Part shown: positions 28,733-38,028 of the stretch, one piece after another
Position numbering within the stretch: the stretch's first letter is position 1
Layout of the letters: each line of letters begins with the position of its first letter
Assembly (NCBI GenBank): GCA_964574415.1
Contig: CAZNNM010000009.1
Span: 4,975 to 68,974 of the forward strand
Reading direction: 5' to 3'
DNA length: 64,000 nt
Origin: an uncultured Rickettsiales bacterium
GTDB taxonomy: Bacteria > Pseudomonadota > Alphaproteobacteria > Rickettsiales > CAZNNM01
The notes under the pieces: generated by a model
Database searches by the model: none
Told to the model about the DNA's origin: nothing
Seen by the model: only the letters and a program-made list of their open reading frames with translations
Translations under genes and position numbers: made by a program

Positions 28733-31700
28733 TTAACGACTGTTACCGCTGTGCCTTTCTTCTGGCTGTTGCGATTGGCTTTGCAAGTAGCGGGAAGCAA
28801 ATGCACCGGCTTCTTGAACATAAGGCCTCACCAGCGATACACTGGCTTGCGCAGCAAGTACAGTAAACGATGCAGTATTCAGCATTAACTGCTCAAACGC
28901 CGTGTTAACAATCGTTTTTACCATACCGCCAATAGTCGGATTATAGGAAGATACTACCTCTGAACCCAACTGACTCACCTTGCATACCGCCGCCCATGGG
29001 CCGTATAGCGCGGTTTTGGCTACCAGATCAACGGTTTCAACTCCAAGTGTTGTCTTCCATGATGAGCCGAAATGCTCACGGGCAAAGCCGCGTATGAATT
29101 GTTCAGCAATACCAACTGCCGCAGAAGAACAAAATACCTGCGCGTTGCTTTGTATCAGCAAACTTTGCAGATCGGCTGTGGTTTGCGGAGTGAAATCAAT
29201 CGTATCACCGTTTTGCGTATAACCACCATTGCGCAGCAATACCTCCTGCACATCATCCGCTTTCAACTCATAACCGCGCGCTTGCGCTTGCGCAGCAAAG
29301 GCTGTGGCTATAGGTGCAATGATCTCTATAGATTCATCCGCATTAAAGTTGACCACCGTGGCGTGGGATGGAACTACATCGCTCGGCGTCTCAACCACAG
29401 GATTAGGATTAGGATTAGACTTAGGCTCTGCATTCGTATGGGCAGACGATAAGAGATTCGGCATTTTCAGTGTCACCGTATTCAGGGCAACATTACGCAA
29501 CGCATATAGCGCAACACCCAACTCCACATACAATGATTGAGAGATGCCACGCGAAGCACTACTCGTCACTGGAGGAGGCGTCACCTCACCTGATGGCGGC
29601 TGTGCGCTTGGTGTTGGGGGTGGGGTGACGGGTGGGGTCGTTGGTGATACAGGCACTTCAGTCGGCGGCGAAGATGGCTCTTCGCCTGGCGTTGGAGGTG
29701 ATACTGGCTCTTCCAGGGGAGGAGTCGGCGTAGGTGTTGGAGTAGGAACAGGCACTGGTGTTGGTTCTTCCGGGGTTGGAGGCGAAGATGGCTGCGGTAA
29801 TGGATCATCATTCTGCACAATCAATCCCTGTGTTCCCACAAAATCCACCTCGTCTATACCCAAATCCTGAGTCACATCCACTCCACCGGCGAGTATTTCA
29901 AAAACTATATCCTCAAATATCGGGCTACTTCTATTATACCCTATAGTCACTGCTTGCTGTTCTGCAATCTCTATTTGCTCTTGTGGAAAATCATGAATGA
30001 CGACATATCTTCCCGTAAATCTTGGATCACTACAGTTTGGAAGATTGCTATAAGATATAAATAACGACTGATGGGATGGATTCATCACGCACCAATTATC
30101 CGCAAACTCTCCATATAGCAATGCCGCTGGCACCGGCACTGTAAGATCTATTGCCGTGCCATTAAGAAAAGCCAGATCATTTTGCCAGTTGCCATCATTA
30201 GTTCCTAATAGTCCATAAACAGTATTGCTCGCACGATTACGGGAAAGAAATGGATATATATTCAGATGATCACGCACATAACGGGTCTTAAATCCGTCTC
30301 CCTCCTCAGTGACAATAGTATACTGCTCCATTACGCTCGTACTGCGATATATCAACCCCTCGCCCAATGCCTTCATCTCTCCACGTTGCAGTGACAGAGG
30401 ATTCCCGCCGAAACGCACTCGATAAAACGGCACCACCGTACCACTCACACATTCTACCGGAATAGTCGTCGTATCCGTAAAATTAATACGAGACACAAGC
30501 GCTTCTGGGCTGACATTTTCCACCAACATCCCGCCAATAATGCCGGTAGACGATGTGGTGCTAATAAAGGTTCCTTCATCTGTGGGCAACAGTTCAAAAT
30601 GTTCGGATGATGTATCACCATGCAGGATAATACTATCTTGCGCCACATCAAATTGCTGAATGCGGTCAACACCATCGCGCCCGATGTGATATCCAAATGT
30701 ATCAGGCGCAGCGCCGCCAATCAGTGTATCTCCATATGTCGCAAACGGGAACCCATGCACATTCTCAGCCACAATCACCGATGTATGGCATCCCTCAAAA
30801 TGATGTTCATGATTCGTATGTTGATAGGTGCCATACCCCTCCCTGTTAAAAGCCGTGTCGCTATATACAGCATGCATCGGAGACGAATTGAGATAGCCCT
30901 GACAGAACGCTTTTATCATCGTGCCATTAATGCTCGGCGCCCATTGAATAAAAGAACCGGACGTTGTGGGCAATAACTGGAATGTAATAGACACACCATC
31001 GGCAAGGCCACGGTTGAGATTATCTGCATGAGAGCCGCCGGGTATCATAAAATAGCCCAACTCTTCAGCAGGAACACTCAGGCTAATATTAAACGTACTC
31101 CCCAGCGGCACTGTATTCAGATTCGCCCAGATAATTTGCCCTAAAACAGGCGCTGTTCCATTGCTCACATAATACCCAAAGCTTGGCGATCTATCGGCAT
31201 CGCTCTCCAGCAATGCCGCCTCGCCTTCCACAAATATCTGCGCATTGCCCGTATCAGGCCCGCCATAGATAACCGTCGGTGAGACATCAGATCCCCGAAT
31301 CACATCATTCCGTTCCGTGCTACACTCCACCCCACGCGGCGGTAGATAAAACTCAATAGGTGTTTCACCTATACGCGATGCAGCAGCCGTAATAACTGAC
31401 ACACCCATACTGATCATCCGGTGAAAAGTCTGTATCTCAAATCTATCATCAACCCCATGACCCTTCACCGCAACATACGGCCCAGGTGCCTGGAAATCAT
31501 ACTTCAAACGGTCAAATGTAATAATATTAGGGTCGCGCCAGATTTGGGGTTTCGCACCAGGCCGCGCAAGGAGTTTGCTGAAGAGAGAATGCTTTAGGTC
31601 ATCCAGAATGTCTTCAACATCTTGATCAAGGTAAAGGCCTATTTCTTTGCCAATATCATAAACTCTTAAAAATACCTCTTCACCCGCTATACCACCAACT

Positions 31701-31933
31701 ATTCCCGCGCCAATAGTTAACACGCCACCCGCAATAACGCCAGGCAGACCTAGCGCTAATAAGGGCGCTAGCGCTTGTGCGGTCATGGTTGCTGCAAACG
31801 CACCACCTGCAACACCACCCCCAAAACCAACGGCCCATTGTGCCATAATATCCGCAGCACCTTGCACATCACCAGATTGATACGCAGCATTAGCATCCGT
31901 GGCTGCCATCGGCGATGCACGCAAGCACATCAC
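28733..31933 (-). CDS. giant modular protein (Gly-zipper-like head, split VWD-like domain with RTX-like insert, Pro-rich linker, C-terminal module shared with protein E)
   Basis: 1066-aa ORF. Head: WAVGFGGGVAGGAFAATMTAQALAPLLALGLPGVIAGGVLTIGAGIVGGIAG. VWD-like start DPNIITFDRLKYDFQAPGPYV and end YGLLGTNDGNWQNDL. RTX-like GDTLIGGAAPDTFGYHIGRDGVD. Linker PVPVPTPTPTPTPP. The last ~280 aa are about 90% identical by eye to the end of protein E. Confidence 0.75.
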   Translation of the reverse strand: MMCLRASPMAATDANAAYQSGDVQGAADIMAQWAVGFGGGVAGGAFAATMTAQALAPLLALGLPGVIAGGVLTIGAGIVGGIAGEEVFLRVYDIGKEIGLYLDQDVEDILDDLKHSLFSKLLARPGAKPQIWRDPNIITFDRLKYDFQAPGPYVAVKGHGVDDRFEIQTFHRMISMGVSVITAAASRIGETPIEFYLPPRGVECSTERNDVIRGSDVSPTVIYGGPDTGNAQIFVEGEAALLESDADRSPSFGYYVSNGTAPVLGQIIWANLNTVPLGSTFNISLSVPAEELGYFMIPGGSHADNLNRGLADGVSITFQLLPTTSGSFIQWAPSINGTMIKAFCQGYLNSSPMHAVYSDTAFNREGYGTYQHTNHEHHFEGCHTSVIVAENVHGFPFATYGDTLIGGAAPDTFGYHIGRDGVDRIQQFDVAQDSIILHGDTSSEHFELLPTDEGTFISTTSSTGIIGGMLVENVSPEALVSRINFTDTTTIPVECVSGTVVPFYRVRFGGNPLSLQRGEMKALGEGLIYRSTSVMEQYTIVTEEGDGFKTRYVRDHLNIYPFLSRNRASNTVYGLLGTNDGNWQNDLAFLNGTAIDLTVPVPAALLYGEFADNWCVMNPSHQSLFISYSNLPNCSDPRFTGRYVVIHDFPQEQIEIAEQQAVTIGYNRSSPIFEDIVFEILAGGVDVTQDLGIDEVDFVGTQGLIVQNDDPLPQPSSPPTPEEPTPVPVPTPTPTPTPPLEEPVSPPTPGEEPSSPPTEVPVSPTTPPVTPPPTPSAQPPSGEVTPPPVTSSASRGISQSLYVELGVALYALRNVALNTVTLKMPNLLSSAHTNAEPKSNPNPNPVVETPSDVVPSHATVVNFNADESIEIIAPIATAFAAQAQARGYELKADDVQEVLLRNGGYTQNGDTIDFTPQTTADLQSLLIQSNAQVFCSSAAVGIAEQFIRGFAREHFGSSWKTTLGVETVDLVAKTALYGPWAAVCKVSQLGSEVVSSYNPTIGGMVKTIVNTAFEQLMLNTASFTVLAAQASVSLVRPYVQEAGAFASRYLQSQSQQPEERHSGNSR

Positions 31934-31980
31934 GTTATTTCATTATTATCATTTAACCCTGGAAATATTATAAACGACTA

Positions 31981-34900
31981 TCAACGGCTGCTGGCAAGTT
32001 GCTTTTCTTCCTGCTGTTGCGCGTGACCTTGCAAGTAACGGGAAGCAAATGCGCCCACTTCTTGGACATAAGGCCCTATCAACGATACAGTGGCTTGCGC
32101 AGCGAGTACAGGCAGAGATGCAGTATTCAGCATTAGCTGCTCAAACGCCGTATCAACAACCGTTTTCACCATGCCGCCAATCCTCGGATCATAGGCCGAT
32201 ACCACTTCTGAACCCAACTGGCTCACCTTGCATACCGCCGCCCATGGGCCGTATAACGCCGTTTTGGCTACCAGATCAATGGCTTCAACCCCCAGCGCAG
32301 TCTTCCACGATGGGCCGAAATGCTCACGGGCGAAGCCGCGTATAAATTGCTCAGCAAGACCCATCGCCGCAGAAGAACCAAACGCCTGCGCGTTGCTCTT
32401 TATCAGCAAGCTTTGTAGATCGGCTGCGGTCTGCGGGGTAAAATCAACCATATCACCTTTTTGCGTATAGCCACCATGGCGCAGCAATACTTCCTGCACA
32501 TCATCCGCATTCACCTCATAACCGCGTGCATGCGCTTGAGTGGCAAAGGCGGTGGCAATCGGTGCAATGACATCGATAGATTCATCCGCATTAAGGTTAC
32601 GCACCGTGACCGTCGCTTTGGATGATACTACACCGCTCGAACCTGGCGTCTCAACCACAGGCTTAGGTTCGGCATTGGTATTCGCAGGCGCTAAGAGGTT
32701 TTGCACCTTAAGTTTTACTGTACTGAATGACGTTTTACCAAGTGCAAGTGCATATGATACAACAACTGTATCTATCCAACTCATATAGAATGGCTCAGAA
32801 ATACTAGGCGAAGCACTGCTCGTCATCGGCGGAGGCGTCACCTCACCTGATGGCGGCTGCGCGCTTGGTGTTGTGGTCGTGGTGACTGGTGGCGTCGTTG
32901 GTGGCACAGGCACCTGCCCAGGCTGCCCCATAGGCTCTGAACCAGGCATAGGCGAGAAGCCGGGTTCCGGGACAAAACCGGGCTCTGGTGTTGGCTCCCC
33001 GACAGGAGGAGGTGGTAGTGGCGTCAGTAATGGTAACGTCCCCTCCAATACAGATACACTAGCAGCTGGAATCGACTCGACACGATACGGATTATACAAC
33101 ACAGTTGAAAACTCTATATCCGCCAACGATAACATCTGCGCATCACGCTTCTGCCCAGGCGCGAATGCTATATTAATACGTGTGCGTGGCAATGCATTGA
33201 ATTGCTCTAATGTCCGGCCAATATTTTCTACGTAATGATGATAAGTAAAATCTACCAACGATATCTGGGCATAAGGTCTTTCTGCTGTAGGTTGGCTTAA
33301 ATAAACGCCTGGTGGATAGCCTTCTGCAAAATAACTCAGCACCACCTCTATTTTATCACCGGCCGAGAAATCGTTAAAGTTATACACTACATCCGGAGTC
33401 CCCTCTGGATTGTTACTTGCATAGAACATCCTTAACTTATCTGGATATGGCCCGCTTATAAATGTAGCATTCTTCGCCCACCCACATTCCAGTATAGTAG
33501 AAAAAGCTCTATCTGCCATTACCGGAACCTCCAGCTCTGTCCGAACATCTACCGGTTGGTGATATTTAGTAGACGAGATAATCTCTAAGTATGTCACCAC
33601 ACTAGATACAACCTCTGTATTTCTAATATCCATTTGTGTTGCCATAATAAATGCATGCTTCTGCAATGTTTGATGCACGATAGCTGCACGCATCTGTAGA
33701 TTATGCGAATACCAAGAGAGATTTACTGGAAATGCTGAAGATTGCGTATAGGATGGCAGATTACACATTTCTAGATTACGAGAACCATAGGCACAGCCGC
33801 GGATTAACAATGATGTAGCAGCCGCTTTATAATCAGACGTAGATGCACTACCTACCCCCCATTCCACCAGCTTCTTATCACTGAACATCATTCTACCAAA
33901 GGTATGAGTATATCCGGCATCTATAACATCAAACGGAAAAGTAGGAGATACTTTAAGAACATCTTCTGGCCCAAGATATTGAACTTCACCACCAGGTAAT
34001 ATACTTGCAGCCCCACTCACTCCAGTAGCCGTCACAACATTAGACCAATGCACATCCACTACACCATCAGGCTGCGCAACCGCTCCAGTCCTAAATGGAA
34101 AATTAGCAAATGTTGTGGTATGCAGTAGCACTGGCTCAGCCTTAGGCTCACCTGTATTCGCAAAATACCGTATAAACACGCGTACCGTATTACTGCCTAG
34201 CTCAGGCAAAACATCAGCCCAGCTAACCGCAAACCCCTCCTCCTCTCCTTCTAATGCGGCACAACCAAACTCTTTTACAAACGTAGTTGAATATAACGGC
34301 ACCACCTCCTGCAAATGCCCACCTTCAGCTGCCACCACCGTCCCCACCCTAAACGGCGCCACCACAACCTGCATCTGCGCATTCACAATCATGCCCTTAA
34401 GAATATTCCCATCCGTACGATGCACAAACCCAATAAAGCTATTCCCATTACTCAGCTTTATACTCTTTAAAGCCTCATATTCCTCAGACGTTGAGAGTGC
34501 TGAAAAGGAAGTAGTATCAGCCGTCAGAAGACGCGTGCTCCCCTGCACCAGACCACCATTCATATTACGTATCTGATACGATACATGCGGGGTTATCATA
34601 TTCTCAGGCGATGGCACTAAATCCGATAAACGCCTCCCCAATAATGCTATATTTCCATTCCCTAGAGATACTATAGCATCAACTCGCAAATCGGGAATCT
34701 CAACCCGCCGCTTGCTCAAATCTATCCCAAAATCACCATTCTCAAATTCCTCCACACGAACACTATGCGAAGAACTCTGCGCTTGAATAACCAGGTCACT
34801 CCCCTGCATCCCAAGATTAAACGTCCGCCCGTCATGCACCATCGTGCACGAAACCTCGCTCACACACGTAGGCGCATCCGTGCCAAAAAGACGGTCGCCC

Positions 34901-36108
34901 ATAAAAATCTGGTTAGCAGGAGCATTCTCGTCAGCAATAACATCCTCATCGGCAGTCACACTATCAGGCAAAAACTTATACTTATTAACAGCTCTCACAT
35001 TCTCATAACGATCACTACCACCAAAATCAGGGATGTCATAATTCCCTTCCGTAGTGATAACCCTATCTCGTTTATTCGTCGTGCCGAATATCTCAGCATT
35101 AGATAAACCATGCGTCAGGATCGTTACGCCAGTTTGAAGTTCAGGATTGGGAAGATGGTTAAGATTTGCTATAAATGCAGCACGATATGCAGAAAAGTCA
35201 CCGTCATATAGCGTCTGCAAACGTGGAGGAACCAAGTCGCCCGTCAACGGATTTGCAGCCCAACGGGCTTTCATGTATTCTTCCCAGTAGTAGGGGTTTT
35301 CATCGTAATTTTCATAATGACCACGCCCACCAAGTACACCTTGTGGCCATGCATAGGGTTCACTATATACAGCTGGAAAATCCTGACCGGGTTGGAATTG
35401 TTGGAAAATAGGTCCCATACGATGCTGGCCAGTAAAAGAAAAATACCATGCATAATATACACTAGCAGGCTGTGCCGTTGTACCATCAATCGTAGTATAT
35501 GAAGGATAAGCACGATAAACCTTACCAACCTGACGATTGGCGGTATTAATTGCATTGGACGCAGCATTAAATGTTGTAACGTGTCCTTCCGCCCATTCTA
35601 ATGCCCCAGCAGTAAAGCTACCCCCAATCACAAGTTCTTGAATATTAGGACGAGAACCAGGGCTATCGAAACTTACAACAGGAGAACGGTCTCTTGCGCC
35701 ACACAATTCCGCTAGAAAACCACCCAATGAGTGACCTGTATGACTTACATGTTCATAAGGATTTAAACCAGTAATGCGTATATACTCTATAGCAACAGCA
35801 TCAATAAATGGTACTGCACTTGCCCAGAATTGCTCTGTTGCAGATGATAATAACGCTAACCATACATCATCACCTATATCCTTTACTACTTCAAATCCCG
35901 GACTTGTTCCTCTATGAGCAATAATCAGTTGCTTGGTTTCCGAATTAAAGTATGCCGACCCAAAATAGCCATTTCCTTGTAACTCTGGCGCAGCATCTAG
36001 AAGGATGGACCATCCAGTAGGTAGCCTCCCAGGTGGTAATAACAGCGTATCATCTTCATCGCGATAAACTTCAACGCTTAATAAAGCATAATCATAATTC
36101 TTTGCCAT
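31981..36108 (-). CDS. giant modular protein E with N-terminal class-3-lipase-like head
   Basis: 1375-aa ORF. The head contains HTGHSLGGFLAELCG (a GxSxG nucleophile elbow). The core contains ENGDFGIDL and SLGNGNIALLG / LSNGNSFIGF blades. The EPGFVPEPGFSP linker matches A and the C-terminal module matches the 1066-aa protein. GGAG lies 8 nt upstream of the ATG. Confidence 0.8.
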   Translation of the reverse strand: MAKNYDYALLSVEVYRDEDDTLLLPPGRLPTGWSILLDAAPELQGNGYFGSAYFNSETKQLIIAHRGTSPGFEVVKDIGDDVWLALLSSATEQFWASAVPFIDAVAIEYIRITGLNPYEHVSHTGHSLGGFLAELCGARDRSPVVSFDSPGSRPNIQELVIGGSFTAGALEWAEGHVTTFNAASNAINTANRQVGKVYRAYPSYTTIDGTTAQPASVYYAWYFSFTGQHRMGPIFQQFQPGQDFPAVYSEPYAWPQGVLGGRGHYENYDENPYYWEEYMKARWAANPLTGDLVPPRLQTLYDGDFSAYRAAFIANLNHLPNPELQTGVTILTHGLSNAEIFGTTNKRDRVITTEGNYDIPDFGGSDRYENVRAVNKYKFLPDSVTADEDVIADENAPANQIFMGDRLFGTDAPTCVSEVSCTMVHDGRTFNLGMQGSDLVIQAQSSSHSVRVEEFENGDFGIDLSKRRVEIPDLRVDAIVSLGNGNIALLGRRLSDLVPSPENMITPHVSYQIRNMNGGLVQGSTRLLTADTTSFSALSTSEEYEALKSIKLSNGNSFIGFVHRTDGNILKGMIVNAQMQVVVAPFRVGTVVAAEGGHLQEVVPLYSTTFVKEFGCAALEGEEEGFAVSWADVLPELGSNTVRVFIRYFANTGEPKAEPVLLHTTTFANFPFRTGAVAQPDGVVDVHWSNVVTATGVSGAASILPGGEVQYLGPEDVLKVSPTFPFDVIDAGYTHTFGRMMFSDKKLVEWGVGSASTSDYKAAATSLLIRGCAYGSRNLEMCNLPSYTQSSAFPVNLSWYSHNLQMRAAIVHQTLQKHAFIMATQMDIRNTEVVSSVVTYLEIISSTKYHQPVDVRTELEVPVMADRAFSTILECGWAKNATFISGPYPDKLRMFYASNNPEGTPDVVYNFNDFSAGDKIEVVLSYFAEGYPPGVYLSQPTAERPYAQISLVDFTYHHYVENIGRTLEQFNALPRTRINIAFAPGQKRDAQMLSLADIEFSTVLYNPYRVESIPAASVSVLEGTLPLLTPLPPPPVGEPTPEPGFVPEPGFSPMPGSEPMGQPGQVPVPPTTPPVTTTTTPSAQPPSGEVTPPPMTSSASPSISEPFYMSWIDTVVVSYALALGKTSFSTVKLKVQNLLAPANTNAEPKPVVETPGSSGVVSSKATVTVRNLNADESIDVIAPIATAFATQAHARGYEVNADDVQEVLLRHGGYTQKGDMVDFTPQTAADLQSLLIKSNAQAFGSSAAMGLAEQFIRGFAREHFGPSWKTALGVEAIDLVAKTALYGPWAAVCKVSQLGSEVVSAYDPRIGGMVKTVVDTAFEQLMLNTASLPVLAAQATVSLIGPYVQEVGAFASRYLQGHAQQQEEKQLASSR

Positions 36109-36123
36109 TCACTACTCCATTAT

Positions 36124-36555
36124 TTAATGCAAACTACGCTGAGCCGCTAACCACCATATAAAAGTTATTGCTATTAATGCCAGCGGTACAACTATAATTA
36201 TTGCTCCTCTGGTTAAGATATGCATATAGCTCAATTTTGTATTGCCGCTATTCCTCCATAAAAAAACTCCAACTACTAATTCATATAAAAGAAATACGCC
36301 TACCAATATACTTGCAATAACATAATCGACATCCTTACTAAAAGCAGTGTCTGAACCTGCTAATCTATCTGGATTTAAAGATGACAACAGAATATCAAAC
36401 ATATAATTCCATAGAATATTTGTTATATAGAATAGAAAGATACTTCCAACAACTCCCCACCCCCAAAACACAATCCAGAGCCTTACCTCACCTTTCCAGC
36501 ATCGTTTTAAATGATTAACAATAGACATACCCACTCCTATCAACACCCCCATCAC
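36124..36555 (-). CDS. small polytopic membrane protein (immunity-like candidate) upstream of lipase protein E
   Basis: About four hydrophobic segments. The likely true start is ATG 36528 (MSIVNHLKRCW), preceded by GGAG. It is a paralogue of the frameshifted gene at 38029..38410. Confidence 0.6.
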   Translation of the reverse strand: MMGVLIGVGMSIVNHLKRCWKGEVRLWIVFWGWGVVGSIFLFYITNILWNYMFDILLSSLNPDRLAGSDTAFSKDVDYVIASILVGVFLLYELVVGVFLWRNSGNTKLSYMHILTRGAIIIVVPLALIAITFIWWLAAQRSLH

Positions 36556-38014
36556 CCAGCGACACTAACGCATCCACTCGCAAGCCCACAATCTCAACCC
36601 GCCGCTTGCTCAAATCTATCCCAAAATCACCATTCTCAAATTCCTCCACACGAACACTATGCGAAGAACTCTGCGCTTGAATAACCAGGTCACTCCCCTG
36701 CATCCCAAGATTAAACGTCCGCCCGTCATGCACCATCGTGCACGAAACCTCGCTCACACACGTAGGCGCATCCGTGCCAAAAAGACGGTCGCCCATAAAA
36801 ATCTGGTTAGCAGGAGCATTCTCGTCAGCAATAACATCCTCATCGGCAGTCACACTATCAGGCAAAAACTTATACTTATTAACAGCTCTCACATTCTCAT
36901 AACGATCACTACCACCAAAATCAGGGATGTCATAATTCCCTTCCGTAGTGATAACCCTATCTCGTTTATTCGTCGTGCCGAATATCTCAGCATTAGATAA
37001 ACCATGCGTCAGGATCGTTACGCCAGTTTGAAGTTCAGGGCTTGGCAAGCGGTTTAGTTTCTCGGAAATAAAGGCACTACGATACGCGGCAAAATTATTC
37101 CCATAATGCTCTTGAACGCTTATCGAGACACCATTAATATTCGCCCACTCAGGATCAGCGGCCCAACGGGCAGCTATGTATTTTTCCCAGTAGTAAGGGT
37201 TCTGGTCATAATTCTTGTACTGATTATAACCACTCGTATCCACTAACGTTCCAAACGGCCAAACATCAGGCTCGCTATATACTGTTGGCAAATCTTGGCC
37301 AGGCTGGAATTGTTGGAAGATAGGAATCATACGGTGCTGGCCCGTAAAAGAAAAACTATATCCATAATAAATATTACCAGGTTGATCGCTCATGCCGTCA
37401 ATGGTCATATATGGTGAATATACCCTATACATCTTCCCAACATGAGTATTGGCAGTACTAACTGCATTAGGGGCCGCATTAAACGTCACCGTATTTGCAT
37501 CAATCCATGCCATAGCATCTGAAGCAAATGTACCATCAATAATAAGATTTTGGATATTGGGACGCGAACCAGGACTTTCAAAATTCCGAACGGGAACTTT
37601 ATCCATTGCTCCAGATAGCTCCGCCAGAAATGCCCCTAATGAATGTCCCGTGTAACTCAAATGCTCACGTGGCCCTAAACCGGTAACGCGGAAATATTCT
37701 GCTTTTGCGGCATTGATGAAGGGGATGGCATTCTCATGAAATTGTTGGGTTTGCCAATCTAGTAATGCCAACGCTATATCATCGCCAACATCAGCAAAAA
37801 TATTATCTGTTCCAGCATGTGCTATAATAAGCTGCTTTGTAAAATTATTTATATACGCTCTGCCAAAATAGCCATTTGCAGACCATCCTCCATCTTGGGA
37901 ACTGAGCAAAATAGACCAATCACTGGGAAGCCGTCCTTCAGGCAAGAAAACATCATCTTCCGGATTATTGTAACACTCAACACTAAATAATGCATATTCA
38001 TAGTTCTTAACCAT
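36515..38014 (-). CDS. truncated lipase-head paralogue (second class-3-lipase-like head plus constant region, truncated at the first NGN blade)
   Basis: 499-aa ORF. The head contains YTGHSLGAFLAELSG and is about 60% identical by eye to the E head. nt 36590-37039 are identical to E nt 34696-35145. The ORF ends in a short unrelated tail (DGGVDRSGYVYC*) where E has GNGNIALLG. Confidence 0.7.
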   Translation of the reverse strand: MVKNYEYALFSVECYNNPEDDVFLPEGRLPSDWSILLSSQDGGWSANGYFGRAYINNFTKQLIIAHAGTDNIFADVGDDIALALLDWQTQQFHENAIPFINAAKAEYFRVTGLGPREHLSYTGHSLGAFLAELSGAMDKVPVRNFESPGSRPNIQNLIIDGTFASDAMAWIDANTVTFNAAPNAVSTANTHVGKMYRVYSPYMTIDGMSDQPGNIYYGYSFSFTGQHRMIPIFQQFQPGQDLPTVYSEPDVWPFGTLVDTSGYNQYKNYDQNPYYWEKYIAARWAADPEWANINGVSISVQEHYGNNFAAYRSAFISEKLNRLPSPELQTGVTILTHGLSNAEIFGTTNKRDRVITTEGNYDIPDFGGSDRYENVRAVNKYKFLPDSVTADEDVIADENAPANQIFMGDRLFGTDAPTCVSEVSCTMVHDGRTFNLGMQGSDLVIQAQSSSHSVRVEEFENGDFGIDLSKRRVEIVGLRVDALVSLGDGGVDRSGYVYC

Positions 38015-38028
38015 ATTAATTCTCTATC

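Noticed and set aside
28630-28821. 63-aa minus ORF (and the plus-strand ORF 28694..28888) spanning the junction between the 1066-aa gene and fragment D
   Set aside because: It is out of frame with both homologous coding regions. It overlaps the 3' end of a well-supported gene and has no motifs.
20963-33235. Gly-rich plus-strand ORFs 20963..21406, 29544..29870 and 32873..33235
   Set aside because: They are antisense translations of the Pro-rich linkers (CCN codons read as GGN) inside the giant minus-strand genes.
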